DNA of 63,409 nucleotides, filler included, from Reticulomyxa filosa (Eukaryota; Protista; Foraminifera): the NCBI GenBank assembly GCA_000512085.1. It is 12 parts of 12 records of this genome, joined end to end, with 100 filler letters (N's around TTAATTAATTAA, not from the genome) between each part and the next. Parts side by side here need not be neighbours in the genome. Positions count along the whole stretch, not along the records: positions 38,534 to 40,972 come from ASPP01018751.1; positions 41,073 to 49,486 come from ASPP01009569.1; positions 49,587 to 50,785 come from ASPP01023353.1; positions 50,886 to 56,137 come from ASPP01000707.1; 8 more parts are not named here. One strand, written 5' to 3'. Below, piece by piece: positions 39,400-52,116 of this stretch. The translations under genes were made by a program, and so were the position numbers. Under the pieces are notes generated by a model. That model was given only the letters and a program-made list of their open reading frames with translations. It did no database searches and was not told the origin of the DNA. The stretch's first letter is position 1. Every line of letters begins with the position of its first letter.

Positions 39400-40420
39400 T
39401 TCTTTAAGGCATATTCTAGCAAATGGTGAACATCGTGTTCGCCGATGTAATCATCAACTAAAAACAGGACGACTTCCAAGTCTATAAATTCTTCATTCGC
39501 TACTTCTTTCCCAGTTGACTGGTTCTTCTTGTTCAGCAGGTACCGCTTTTCTTTATTTTTTTTCTTTATATTTTTATTTATTTATTAATAATTTCACTTC
39601 CGCTTTGTCATTGCCTTTATCATCGTTCTAAATTAAACATGATCAAATATTACTTTTTTTCTTGTCTAAAAATAAAATAAAATAGTAGAAACACTTCCCC
39701 CAAATGTATATACGTATATAAAAACAGATAAAAACAAAAACAAAAACATTCTTCTTCTTTCATTGTTACAAATTAACCGGACATGCTACAGCTAGAGTTT
39801 AACAATTTCTTTTACATTTTTTTTTCATTATAAAAGTTTGCTCAATTGTCATTTAAGTACAAATTTATCTCAGTCCTCCGTTTATCTTACACGGGTTATC
39901 GCCATCATCACGAACAGTGAAAGTGCCGCTTGCACTACTTTCACACACATGTTGTTCATCATCGTTGTGAATACTACTTATCACCACCACGCGCTCACTT
40001 ACTAAATAGGCGCTATAAAAGCCAACATCAAACTGGCCTTCAATCAATTTTTTTTGTAACTTTTGGCAATTGTTCCAAGGTTATTTATAATAACATTTTC
40101 TTTCGTCATCAGAATCGGAATATTAACATTTTTTCATCGGGATCGGGTATTATTTCAATTTTTAATTCTTTCTCTGTATAAAACACTTCAATGTTCGTTG
40201 GCGATACATATCTTACTTTGTCAAGCGCATTACTTGCATTTGGTATTAACTCTATATCAAAAATTTCATATTAAAGTAAACAACATTGACATTAATAATT
40301 AAACTATTTTTTTTTTATCATACGTACATACGTTTTTTTTTTGCGAATTCGTCGCGTAAAGGAATTTCTTTAAAGAAAAAAAAATACATAATCAATTGTT
40401 CGCTGCTCGACTTCCAATGT
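39400..40420 (-). pseudogene. HSP90: HSP90 pseudogene (N-terminal ATPase region)
   Basis: [22 protein letters not shown] and [38 protein letters not shown], with stops, frameshifts and deletions; boundaries approximate. Confidence 0.85.
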
Positions 40421-41072
40421 TCTTTTTTTTGAGTTTTGGTTTTCTTCAGGATCTCTTCGTTCTTTGCTGGTTCTATTTCTTCGTTGAAACGAATGCCGTT
40501 TCCTCTTGAGATTTTTCTTTATTTACATTTTCTGTTGTGGGCGTGTGCGCTTTAAGGAAAAAAATGCTAAAATTCGTCGGATTACTTCTGTCGAACATCT
40601 CCGATACTTGTGATCACACAAGTGAATGTTCAAAAATCAAAGAACCGATTTCGTAAACGCTAAGGAATTGATGATGTAGGAAACACAAGAAATTTATCCA
40701 CGCAATTCAAGACCAGCATTAGTGAAGGAGAAAGTTCAGTTTTTGGTTTTTCATATATTTTATTCTAATTCTATGCAATTAATTTTTGTTTAATCTGAAA
40801 AAATGATTTTTTTCCAATCATCTACAGTCCAGTGTTTATATAAATTTGCAAATTCTAACCTTGCTTTGATATGACTATCATCTAAATCTTTCTTGATGTC
40901 TTTTGTAGTTTCGTACTTTCCAATTTTACGCTGAACTCGGAAAGGAATATTCTCAGATTTAAAAAAAAAAAANNNNNNNNNNNNNNNNNNNNNNNNNNNN
41001 NNNNNNNNNNNNNNNNTTAATTAATTAANNNNNNNNNNNNNNNNNNNNNNNNNNNNNNNNNNNNNNNNNNNN

Positions 41073-43332
41073 ATCACAGCTGTGAATGAAAGGTGATCTT
41101 CTCATAGAAGGATGGAAATGTAAAACACATCCTTGATCACTTCTATACATTTTTGCAACTTCAATATCATCAGAAGTACTCACATGACTTATGAAATATC
41201 CTGCTTTAATTTCTTTAACATCCTTCAATCTCACTCCTTTCAGTCCACAATATAACTCAATACTTTCTTCCTCCCTTCTTTCATGACCATGCAAAACACG
41301 AATGGTCTCCTTTAAATACCCATCCAAAAAAGACCATTTATGATGTCTAAATTGTATTTGATCATAACTAAATTCACAATTACATGATTTACCCAATACA
41401 ACAAAATTGCACAAATATGATATAATTGAAGTGGATATCCCATTTGTTTATGAATGTCATCATGATATAATATTTTCAATTCATTTAATATTGTCAATAC
41501 TTTATCATCTAATACCAATTTATTCACTTCATTTTCATTATAACAAATTTGTCTTTTGATATCTTCCTCAGAACGTGATGGTCTTTTACTAATTAAATCA
41601 AGCAAATAAGAATTCTTTATCACTTCGTGTAATAATTGTTTCATATGGTTTCTTGATGATTTTGGTACCATACAGCTATCTTGAATAAGTTTAAGTTTAT
41701 GTAAATCACGTTCATATAAAAGTGGGTTAAATGCAGGTTTTATATTTACTTTATTGGTCACATTTTCATTCAAAATACTTTTGATAATATTAGTCCTTTT
41801 TATACCAATGGTATGTCTGTAGGGTACAATAAAAAACGCATTGATTTTCCAATATACTTGAATATTTGGATAATGAGGGGCATATTTGTAAAGATCATGT
41901 AACAATACATCTTTATTTACATTCGATGCTATCGGTGGTTTCCATGTATTGAATTCATAGTTCGAATGTGTCAATTCATCTGTTCCAAGATTATAACCTT
42001 CTTTCATTTGCAATTTATTTTTAAAGTGTTCAATTCCTTGTTTCAAAGTCATTGCATAAGGATTCATAGCCTCTCTGTATATTTTATCACCTTCTTTCCA
42101 AATGACATAAAATGAATTAAATTCCTGTTCATACGTAAATATAAATATACATATATATTTTTTCTTTTTGTAGTGACATTTTACAAAATTGTTAACTGAA
42201 CAAGCGTCTGAAAATGCTTCTCTTTCACAAGCACTTATTACACGAAAGTACCAAGAGTGATTGAGAATAAGGCCAGCCCAGGTAGTATTAGTAGTATTGA
42301 CATCATCAAAATCATTGTAATATTGAATATGAATATTGAATTCTAATGATAATTTCTTTGGATTGCCAACTTGTAATACTTCTACTTTTTCTTCTTTTGT
42401 ATTAAATAATACAATTCTTCTATATTCATAATCAAATAAAATGAGATATTCTCTCCATTTCTTATTCTTCAACATAAATACGCATCTTGGAATTTCAGGT
42501 AGTCTTATTCTGTATCTATTATCAATAGATTATAAGTTACTTATTTACACAGAAATTTGTCTATTAAAATAAACATACAATACATTAATTGCTGATGAAT
42601 CCATTTATCGTAACACACCCATAATCGTGCTAATTTTCTGTTATCAGTATTATTATAAAACCAATAGTAATCATGTTTTTCAAATCCAAATTTTGTCAAA
42701 TTACATTGCATATCTGTCCATATTTGCTTAATATCCACATTCAATAGCTCACATTTTCGTTTTAAATTTTGATATAAATAATCATTATTAATTTGACGAT
42801 ACTTTATATTTATTGGACTATTTAAAATATTTCCTAAGATATAAATGCACATTTCTCTCATTATTCTCAATTTATTGTTTTCCTTTATTCTATTTCAAAT
42901 TTTCGATTATTAAACATACACAATGCATATAAAAATATACAATTAAAAATTTAGCAATCCTTTCAAATACGTATACAATGGTTTAACTGCCCGACGTCAA
43001 GATTAGAATAAAGACATTTCAAGTTCCAAAGGGTATCAGCATAAATTTGGTTACATTTCATCCAGATGTCTAAAATAGTTTTTTTGGTGAAATGAAAACT
43101 AAAATCTCTCAGTAATTGAATCAAATACTGTTGTTGTTGGGCAGGTGTCCTGAAATTGTATAATAATTATGTTGTTTCCAAAAACCATAGCCAAGACAGA
43201 CAGTAACTTGTTTTGGGTGATAAAATCGAGAATTTGTTTTGTCTCGTTTAAGTCTCCACGACAATAGTCCAAAGCATATAAAATAATTTCCTTTTTAATC
43301 TTTGGAAAAGATTGTTCAAGTTGTGACGACAT
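41073..43332 (-). CDS. CUE/UBA-like + PUB-like + C-terminal ADP-ribosyltransferase-like protein; frameshift near 41395; 3'-truncated
   Basis: LEQSFPKIKKEII..GDLNET (CUE-like); ILGNILNSPINIKYRQIN..FGF (PUB); LYCGLKG..FISHVSTSDDIEVA (ART strand 1 and STS motif). Confidence 0.65.
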
Positions 43333-44523
43333 CTTTATTAAAGATAATAAGCAAAAGAGATTTTTTTTGTTGAAGTTACCTGCTGTAACCGGGAAGAATG
43401 ACGGCAAGGAAGAAAAAAAGGACGGTGGCGAAGGAGAAGTGTGTAAACTGGCTATGAAATCTGTGACAAAAAAAAGATAACGTGTTGAACAGGAGCAATA
43501 TCGTCGGAACGAGTTCTTTAAAAGATAATCTTGTTCAAATTTTTTTATATTTCAAAACCAATCCATTTTTCGACGTTTCTGGTCATTTATGTATGGCATT
43601 AACCAACAAAAATTTCATCTGAAAAAATTGTTTGCGATACAAAAGCAAAAGTCTCATTATCAAAATATGATAACCCAAAAAAAGTAAAAAAGAGCTAAAA
43701 AAAATTTAAAAAACAAAAAAAAGTCCACTGCAAACAAAACAGACACAAAAAATTGAGTTTGGATCATCTTCATAAAGGGCTTTTTAGATTAGTAATTTTT
43801 TCTGCAACATACTGTATTTTAATGATATTGCATTTATTCAGGCGTATAATAAACAAATGCTCGTGCAAAGATTGCCCAGTTTGAGGATCAACAGCTGTAG
43901 CTTTTAACAATAGTTTTGTAACTGCATCCAACCCGTTCTGTGGAGATTTGCAAAAGTCTTGGAAAAACTGCGTTAGATTCTAATCTATTAAAAATATTAT
44001 ATAATAAGTATAATAACTTTACAAAGCATTACAAACAGGAAACATTTTGATGAACTTTTTTGTCTTGTTGTTCAAACTTGCTTGTTGTTTTCTGATCTCG
44101 AGTTCATTTGCTTTAATGTTGTATTTTTTTTTAATATTAATTTTTTGAAGATATCGTGGTGTCGTAGCAAGTACCAAAAAAGAAAAAAAGGTTATGATGT
44201 TATTCTTCAATAAGCTTGCGACAGGTTAAAAAAAAAGCATGGAAAAAAGCTTGTGTTGCAAAAAAAGGCTCAAAATTTTTTTCCCAGCTACGTTATTTGT
44301 CCATGCTTGATTAGCACTGTTTTTTTGATAAAAAAAAAAAAATAGAGTGGCGTGGATAATGGATTGTGTTATAAAAACGAAGATGCATGCACGATTTTGC
44401 TTACAATGGCAGCATTCTAAAGATCATCGTATGGATGGATACAAGCATCTAGTTCGACAGGTTCTCCTCCTGTATTGCAGTCCGTTGATGTGCTCCTTCC
44501 TGAAGTTCTTCATTACTATTTGG

Positions 44524-44658
44524 TCCTGTGGATGTGATCCTGTGTTTGCGTTCCTGTTGGTATGTTTCTGTGGGTGTTCCTGTGGCCGCGTTCCTGTTGG
44601 TGTGCTCCTGTGTTTGTGTTCCTGTGGGTATGCTCCTGTGGATAAGTTTCTGTGGTTT
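44524..44658. repeat. Minisatellite of about 10 units, 14-bp period (core TCCTGTG)
   Basis: tcctgtggatgtga/tcctgtgtttgcgt/tcctgttggtatgt/ttctgtgggtgt/tcctgtggccgcgt/tcctgttggtgtgc/... Confidence 0.8.
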
Positions 44659-46194
44659 CTTCGTGGAATCTTTCCTTCATGTGCTCCAGATTTTTTTTGT
44701 CTGGAATTATACTCTATCTGTAACTACTGTTACTGTAATAAAGGCCATTGGACACATAAGAGAGTCAGAAGAATTTTTCTTTTTATTGCAAGCTCTGACA
44801 TAGTGACTCCAATGGTCTGGGATTGGATATCTTGGAGTTATTGCCTCCAAACTTCAATCACGTGTAAGAGATATTGCATTTGGCGAGCATATCAGTTAGT
44901 GCAAGTGATTGTTCGTATGGCAAATGGCTTTGAAATTTGTTTATAAACAGCTTGCGACAAAATATCTTAGTGATAGCATGAACACTATTCAAGACAATGT
45001 TGGAATATAAAGTATTGCAAAGAAAATCTTTTGACAATCTGTTATTAGCTACAGAAAAAGGCGAATCTCTGGACTTGTACGTAACGATGTGGACCTATTA
45101 GACTGAGAGAATAATTACTTTTTATTCCAATGCCCCCCCCCCCCAAAAAAAAATAAATGAAATGAGAGTCTCCAAAGATGAAGTGCTGTGAATGATTAAT
45201 CTTTTCACGTGTATTTGATTTGAAATATTGGTCCGAAGCAAAGACAATACGAATGGACGTATCGATGATATCCATTTGCTTATAGGCGGGATGATTAGTG
45301 CAAATGGAAATCATTTTGAGCCATTATTACAACTTTTATCAAAACGATTGCCTCCACTGTTTTACTATCAATCGTTTATCAAAAACAATTTTTGATGGAT
45401 ATTGTTTCATCGAATAACGATAACGAAGCTAATTTGCTCCTCTCATCATCGCGACATGTCAAAAAAAAACAAAAAACTTTTAGTCTTCTATCGTTTTTTG
45501 TATTGTATGTCCATGCATGATTTTCCAAATTTTAAGGTTCTTTTTTTTGAATTAAAATTTGTTTTCAATATGGTTAAATAATTTGTACTCCCGCCTTTTG
45601 CAAAAAAAAAAAAATTAATAGTTTGATTTTTTTAAATAATCGTTATTCACATCGTATTATATTAACAATTTATCCACTTGTTTTTTTAACAATTTTAAAC
45701 ATTTTTCCATTGATCTTATCGAGTTTTTTTGAGACAATAAACAGCTCAAATTTGTAATTGTATTCCAAAAAATATATTCAAACTAAAAACCAAACATTGT
45801 TTTACTAATAGAAATTGATAAAAATAACTATATAGTTTGTTGATCCACTGTTGATTTCTATGTTCGGAACTTCATTTTTAATCTATTTCGAATGCCAACA
45901 CACTAAAGCTGCTTTGTAGTTTTTTTGTAGCTTTTTTGCAAACGAAGGGATATGACCAGAAATCAATTTTTGCATCAAATTAATCCAAATCATTGCAGAT
46001 AAGAAAATAGCAAATTAAAAACACAGAAATTTGAGCAAATAACTTTATTATTGGAACATTGGCTTCGATCTTCATCAATTAAAAGAGAGTGGATTTATGA
46101 TTTTAATAATATCATCTCTAAATATTTTTTTTTTTTGTAAATTCAATTAAAAATGGGTTATGTTTGATTAATTATCTAATATCCAACTTTAAGC

Positions 46195-46470
46195 TAAAAA
46201 ATTTGCGTTGTTGAAAAGTCTGCAAGGACATTCTGCTGAAGTAAGATGCGTTAGATTTTCAGCAGACGATAGTAAAATTGTTTCGTCATCAGATGATACA
46301 ACAATTCGCATATGGGACGTTGCATCTGGAAAACAAATTCAAAATTTGAGAGGACATAGTGCTTTTATCTTTTCTGCAAAATTTTCACCCGATGGAAATA
46401 CTAATATTGTTTTCGTGTTCTTATGATAAAACTATATTCGATTGTAGGACGTAAGATCAGTAAGGGAAAT
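46195..46470 (+). pseudogene. WD40-repeat gene fragment
   Basis: GHSAEVRCVRFSADDSKIVSSSDDTTIRIWD followed by a second repeat broken by a frameshift and a stop. Confidence 0.8.
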
Positions 46471-46988
46471 AACGCAATTAAAGGGAATAAATTTTGATTG
46501 GTAAAGAAGCACAGTTACAACTTTTAATGTAAATCTTTTCTATGACGCAACAACTCGTAGACATGTAAGTAGCGCTGGGGACAAAAAAACAAGGAAAAAC
46601 GTTCAGTTTTTAAACATGTACAACGCTCTTTATTATTTTTTTGTAAAGGGGCAAATTTCAATGCTTTTGAGATTAACATTTATTTTTTTTTATGTTATAT
46701 TGAAATGGCAATACGCTTTACTTTATTCAGGGCTTGTTTCTGCAGATGTTAACTTTGAAGTTTTTGTCGCAAAGAGAAAACAAACAAGTAATTTTTTTCT
46801 TGACTCTTGTAAGAAAATCCTACACCATTTTAAAAAATACTGCCATTTTCTGAATCGCAATTTGTTTCTTTTAATTGAATATAAATCGTTTTTTCTTTTT
46901 CAAAAGGCGCTCAAAATTCCAACAACAAAAAAATCTTTATCTAATCTTTAATATAAGATAATCAAGAAACATATAGAATTAGCGTAGC

Positions 46989-49070
46989 ATGAGCGACTTA
47001 AAAGAGGAGGAACTGAAAGAGAGAGATCAAATTGGAGTGACTCCAGCTTTTTTGGATAACCAAGCGTGTTTTGACAAGAACTGGGTTTTGCATTTAAATC
47101 AAGAAGAGCAAATTAATTATTTTATTTGTTTAGTTTGCAAGCAAGTTGTTAACAATCCAGTCGAAATCAATTGTCCTCAACACGAAGATACGGATGAAAT
47201 ATTGATAGCAGGAGAGAATTGTTTGAAACAGCTACTAATCAACAACAATAATACGTGTCCAATTCAATCTCACGATGGCTGTCAGTACTCTATAATTAGA
47301 TCAGTGAGACAACTGATTAATGATATAACTGTAATGTGTCCAAGACAATTTCAACGAGATTTAAGGCAATTTAAATATGTGACAATGACATGTAATTTCA
47401 AAGGCAAAATAAAAGATCTAAGCGATCATTTGAATAACTCATGCTCTTTGAAATTGTCAGAGTGTTGGTTTCAACAATTTGGTTGTGATCATTCTTGTTT
47501 AGAGCGTGAATTGGAAAAACATTTGATTTCAAATATGAAACAGCATTTCGATTTAGTTATGAAGAACTTCGTATTTATGCAACAGACAATTCAACAACTA
47601 CAAGTTACATTTATTTATTTTTTTTTTACTTCAAAGATAAACATAAGATAAATATATACATATATATACATATGTATGTATTATAGGAAAAAGTATGTCA
47701 ATTACAATTGGAAAATTCAATGCTAAAACCAAATATAGAAGCAAATGAAAAGAAAGATATTTTAAATATACCTAGCGAAAATGTCGCTTTAAAACAACAG
47801 CAAGATATTCCCAAATCCGATGATGAACATGTGTGTTCTACACAAAGACAAGCAAATATATACATATATATGTATATACCAAGAGTAGCAACAAACAAAT
47901 CCAATAGAAAACAATACTCACTGGACTTGAGACACTGAAACAAGTCAAAGATAATGAAACTGAAAAACAGCGAATAATAGACGATGAAAAAAAAGAAGAT
48001 GATAACAATTATATATACTCAACAACTAATTTTAATATGTTTTGTCCGCCATCAAAATTAGTCAACACTTTCATTGGACACACCCATGATGTGAATAGTA
48101 TTGATTACTCGGCATCTGGTGATCTCCAATTGATTTGTTCTGGATCAGATGATGAAACAGTTCGTGTATGGAATGCAACAACTAAAAAACAGGTCAATTT
48201 ACTCAAAGGGCATTTAAAGTCTGTGTCTTGTGTGAGATTTTCACAATATCATTATCATAATCATCGTAGCCATATCATTTGCTCTGCATCAAAAGATAAA
48301 ACCATTCGTTTTTGGGATTTCACACATAATAAACAATTGCAAGTATTCAAAAAACATACGCATTGGATTACTGGAATAGAATTTTCATCATTTAGTAGTG
48401 GTCGATATTTGTGCTCTGGGTCTGGTGACAAAGAAGTTCGTTTATGGGATGTTGAAACATTCAAATCATTACATGTTTTCAAAGGACATGCAAATGCTGT
48501 TTGGTGTGTGGATATTTCACCACTGCAAAGCAATAGCGATAATAATAATACTATTGGTGTGATTGGTGGTAGTGGATATACCATTTGTTCTGGCTCAGAA
48601 GATATTTTCATATGGGATGTTGAGACAACTAAGCAATTAACTTCATTCAAAGGACATAACAAATATGTGAGTTGTGTAAAATATGGATCAAATAAACTTG
48701 GAAATATTGGCTGTGCAAATACAATATTATCTGGATCAGCAGATAAAAGTGTTCGTTTGTGGGATACTCGATCTAATCAACAAATTCAAGTGTTCGATGG
48801 ACATACAAGCATTGTAACATGTGTTGAATATTCACCGTTTGTGTTAATGAATAGTAGTGAAATTGCCGATAGTTCAAATGTGATATGTTCGGGATCATGT
48901 GATACTACAATTTGCTTTTGGGATATTCGATCGAATAAGAATAAATTGCGTGAGATTAAAACTAAAAAAAAGGAGTAAAATGTCTTAAATTTGTGCCATC
49001 GAAAAGGAAAAAAAAGAATACTATTTTCAAATTGTATTGTGGTTTAACGAAAGGTCTTATTTGTGGATAA
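46989..49070 (+). CDS. RING-like + TRAF-type zinc finger + coiled coil + WD40 protein (TRAF7-like architecture), 3 exons
   Basis: CLVC..NPVEINCPQH..C..CP; VMCP..CNFKGKIKDLSDHLNNSC..CWFQQFGC..H; exon 3 from 47908 is in frame with the WD40 ORF; the paralog-like tail continues to 49070 after an A8 frameshift. Confidence 0.85.
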
Positions 49071-49195
49071 TACATTTCTCAACAAGAAATGAATCCATTT
49101 TTGTATAGTTTTATTTCAAATTATAACGATCTAAAAAAAAAACAGTTGATTTAATAATGGTCAAACATTTTTATTGTTGGACAAATAAATGAACA

Positions 49196-49252
49196 CACAG
49201 TAGAATGCAAAAGAAAGTTGACACCTAAAATGGCACTTTATGAAGATAATTT
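49196..49252 (+). repeat. Dispersed ~45-bp repeat (also at 62258-62302 on the minus strand, and a diverged copy at 50745-50785)
   Basis: AAAGAAAGTTGACACCTAAAATGGCACTTTATGAAGATAATT compared with the reverse complement AAAGAAAGTTGACACCTAAAATGCCACCTTATAGAGATAATT. Confidence 0.75.
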
Positions 49253-50885
49253 TTTTTTATTTTATTCCATTTCAGTTTTATAAATTTTTCCAAAAAAATT
49301 TTGATTTTAATTAGCCAATGAAATGTTGGTTCATCAAAAAAAATCAAGGTATAAATATAAGTAAAAATTATATACTTTCTTTTCGCCAGTTTTGGGAAAT
49401 AAAGTCAGTCTCTTGAGCAAAGACACGAATAACTTGCGCAGTAAATCCCTAATAAATTTGATTTTTATGTTTTATTGTCGACTTGGNNNNNNNNNNNNNN
49501 NNNNNNNNNNNNNNNNNNNNNNNNNNNNNNTTAATTAATTAANNNNNNNNNNNNNNNNNNNNNNNNNNNNNNNNNNNNNNNNNNNNGAAAAGTTAATATT
49601 AATGATGAAGTGATAAATATTTTTTTTTTTGTCGAATTATTACATGTAAAGTGCAATTGAATTCTTTTGTGTACAAAATCAAAAGGTTATATTGCCGGAC
49701 TGTAAATGATGCAAAGATTAAGAAGAAACTGTTGAAAATTTCCTAATTGATTGTTCACGTTATAAAATCCTTATATAAACATTTGTGTCATTAACCGACA
49801 TTATTGCCTCATTTCAAGTTCAAGACATCGTGATAAGTTTTGTGATTTGAGACAAGACATTATAATCTGTAACAATAATTAAAGCTATCAATGGACTTGC
49901 GAAGTTCGTTGTTGCACGCTGAAGGAAATTTAAACGGTTTCACTCAATTTGAAAATTTTTTAAATTAATTGTTGTGTTTGTTGTCAATTTAATTATTTTT
50001 TCATATCTTTCTTTTATATTGGTGCAATGACCTATTTTGCTTTGGTTTGCACTTTCGTATAAGTAGTAAATGCGAATAACATTGATTAGTGAATTATGAA
50101 GTAAATAGTCTGAATCTTCATGCCCTCCGATTACTCTGGTTGGTACCCTTGTTATCAGTGATCTTTTATTTATCTGTCTTGTTACCTTTCTTTTTGATTT
50201 TCATTATCAATTTGTTTCTTGGCCTTGTGCGTTGTTTCTTGTTTTTCTGGTTCTTAGTCTTTATTTTTGATATAGAAGCGGCAATCTTCTTTTTTCTGGT
50301 ATTACTATCTTTTCCTTCGATTGTGCGCTCTCTTTGTCCATCTGACATATCAGACATTTTCATATATAGGATTTCGAGTTCAATCTTCCCCGTTCTTTCA
50401 AATTCTCTCCCGTCAATTGACTTAGGAGTCAGATGCTGATAAAGTGTTAAATTTTTTTACCAAACAAAGGCATAAACTAGAAAAAATTCCAATAGTATTA
50501 TTCACATTTGCAGATTAATCGAATGTTGTCGTTAATCAAAAGAATCCGAATATCCACAAAAATATTGAAAAATATTTGTTGCTGTAATGTTGTTTATTTT
50601 TTATTTTTTTATTGCATTGTGTCAACTCAACATTCACATACTTTCTTTGATAATAATATTGTTTAATTTTTTTTGTTTTAGCTTGCTTTAATATACTAAG
50701 CAGAAAGTGTATTTTTTAACAAATTAATGATTTAAAACAACTATACAGTATATTGCAAAAAAAACCGCCATACCTAAATGGCACTNNNNNNNNNNNNNNN
50801 NNNNNNNNNNNNNNNNNNNNNNNNNNNNNTTAATTAATTAANNNNNNNNNNNNNNNNNNNNNNNNNNNNNNNNNNNNNNNNNNNN

Positions 50886-50978
50886 AAAGTGGGTAGTGCT
50901 AAGAAGAGGGTTTTAATCCACCGGAGGTCCCACCGTTCCGTTAGTATTTAAGGAGGTAATGTAGTGACTTTCCCTACA
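50886..50978. mobile_element. Probable LTR end at the contig start
   Basis: GC-richer segment ending CCCTACA like the 30530 element, just downstream of a WD40 pseudogene. Confidence 0.45.
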
Positions 50979-51009
50979 CAATCAACATACTTTTTTTTTG
51001 GAAAACATG

Positions 51010-51635
51010 TTATATTCCCAAATAAATTTCCTTGAATGAACCATAGCACAAATTAACACTACAATACGATTATCATTGTTTTTGCTTTTATTTTCTTTCT
51101 ATTTTAATAGTAAAAATTTAAGACATAATATTCCGTCTTCTGTGTTTTGTCCCTTGATCAAATACAATTCTTTCTTATTTGATCGAATATCCCAAAAACG
51201 AATTGTATTATCTAATGATCCAGAACATATCACATTTGAACTATTACTAACTTCGATATTATCAACTACAAATGGTGAATACTTGAATTTGTTGACCAGA
51301 TCGAGTATCCTACAAGCAAACACTTTTATCGGCGCATCCAGATAATATCGTATTTGCACCAACACTAATTCCTAATTCATTTGGCCCATATTTTACACTA
51401 TTAATGCAGCCTTTATGTCTTTCTAATACAATCAATTGCTTAGCTGTTTCAATATCCCATATGCGAATGGTTTTATCATTTGATCCGGAACAAATGGTAT
51501 ATCCATTTCCACCAATTTCATCAATACGATTTTTGTTATTGTAATTGCTTTGCAATGATGAAAAATCAACACAACAAACAGACTATCTATGTCAATTGAA
51601 AACATGTAAGAATTTGTATGTTTTAATATCCCTTA
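51010..51635 (-). pseudogene. WD40-repeat pseudogene (same family as 28706 and 48037)
   Basis: GGNGYTICSGSNDKTIRIWD; W-to-stop in SVCL*, internal deletion and frameshift. Confidence 0.85.
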
Positions 51636-52116
51636 TTAATTTTAAGAGTTTTAAGAAGGCGCCAAAAAAAAAAATTGATAGGCTATTCATGTTGGTGTTT
51701 CGCGTTTTCAATTAGTTGTTATTTGCAATACATTTCTTCAGTCTGTAGTAAGTGACAAAGAGATCCATGACGCTTTACTCAACGTATTTTATAATAACAT
51801 ATGTTACATATTAATAATTCTTTGAAAACTTAAAATTTAAGATAATAATTTTTAAAAAAGTCAAATAAAATAACCTATTTAAAGACAGAAATTCCACCCT
51901 TTGTTACGCTAAACAAAAATTTTAATTTAACTCAAAGTTCCTCTTTTAGCGTTTCCATTGGTTGCATTCGATGATATTCTGATTCATCACGTAATATCAA
52001 ATTCCTTTCTTCAGTATCGCTTGTCATTGATTCATTTTTAAATTTTTCTTTGTCAAATATTTATTTTAATAACACAGAATATTTTATATTTTTTTATTTA
52101 TATCAGTGAAAAATAT

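Noticed and set aside
44347-44946. 199-aa Cys-rich ORF
   Set aside because: Its Cys/Val content comes largely from the 14-bp minisatellite; GTG start and no domain motif
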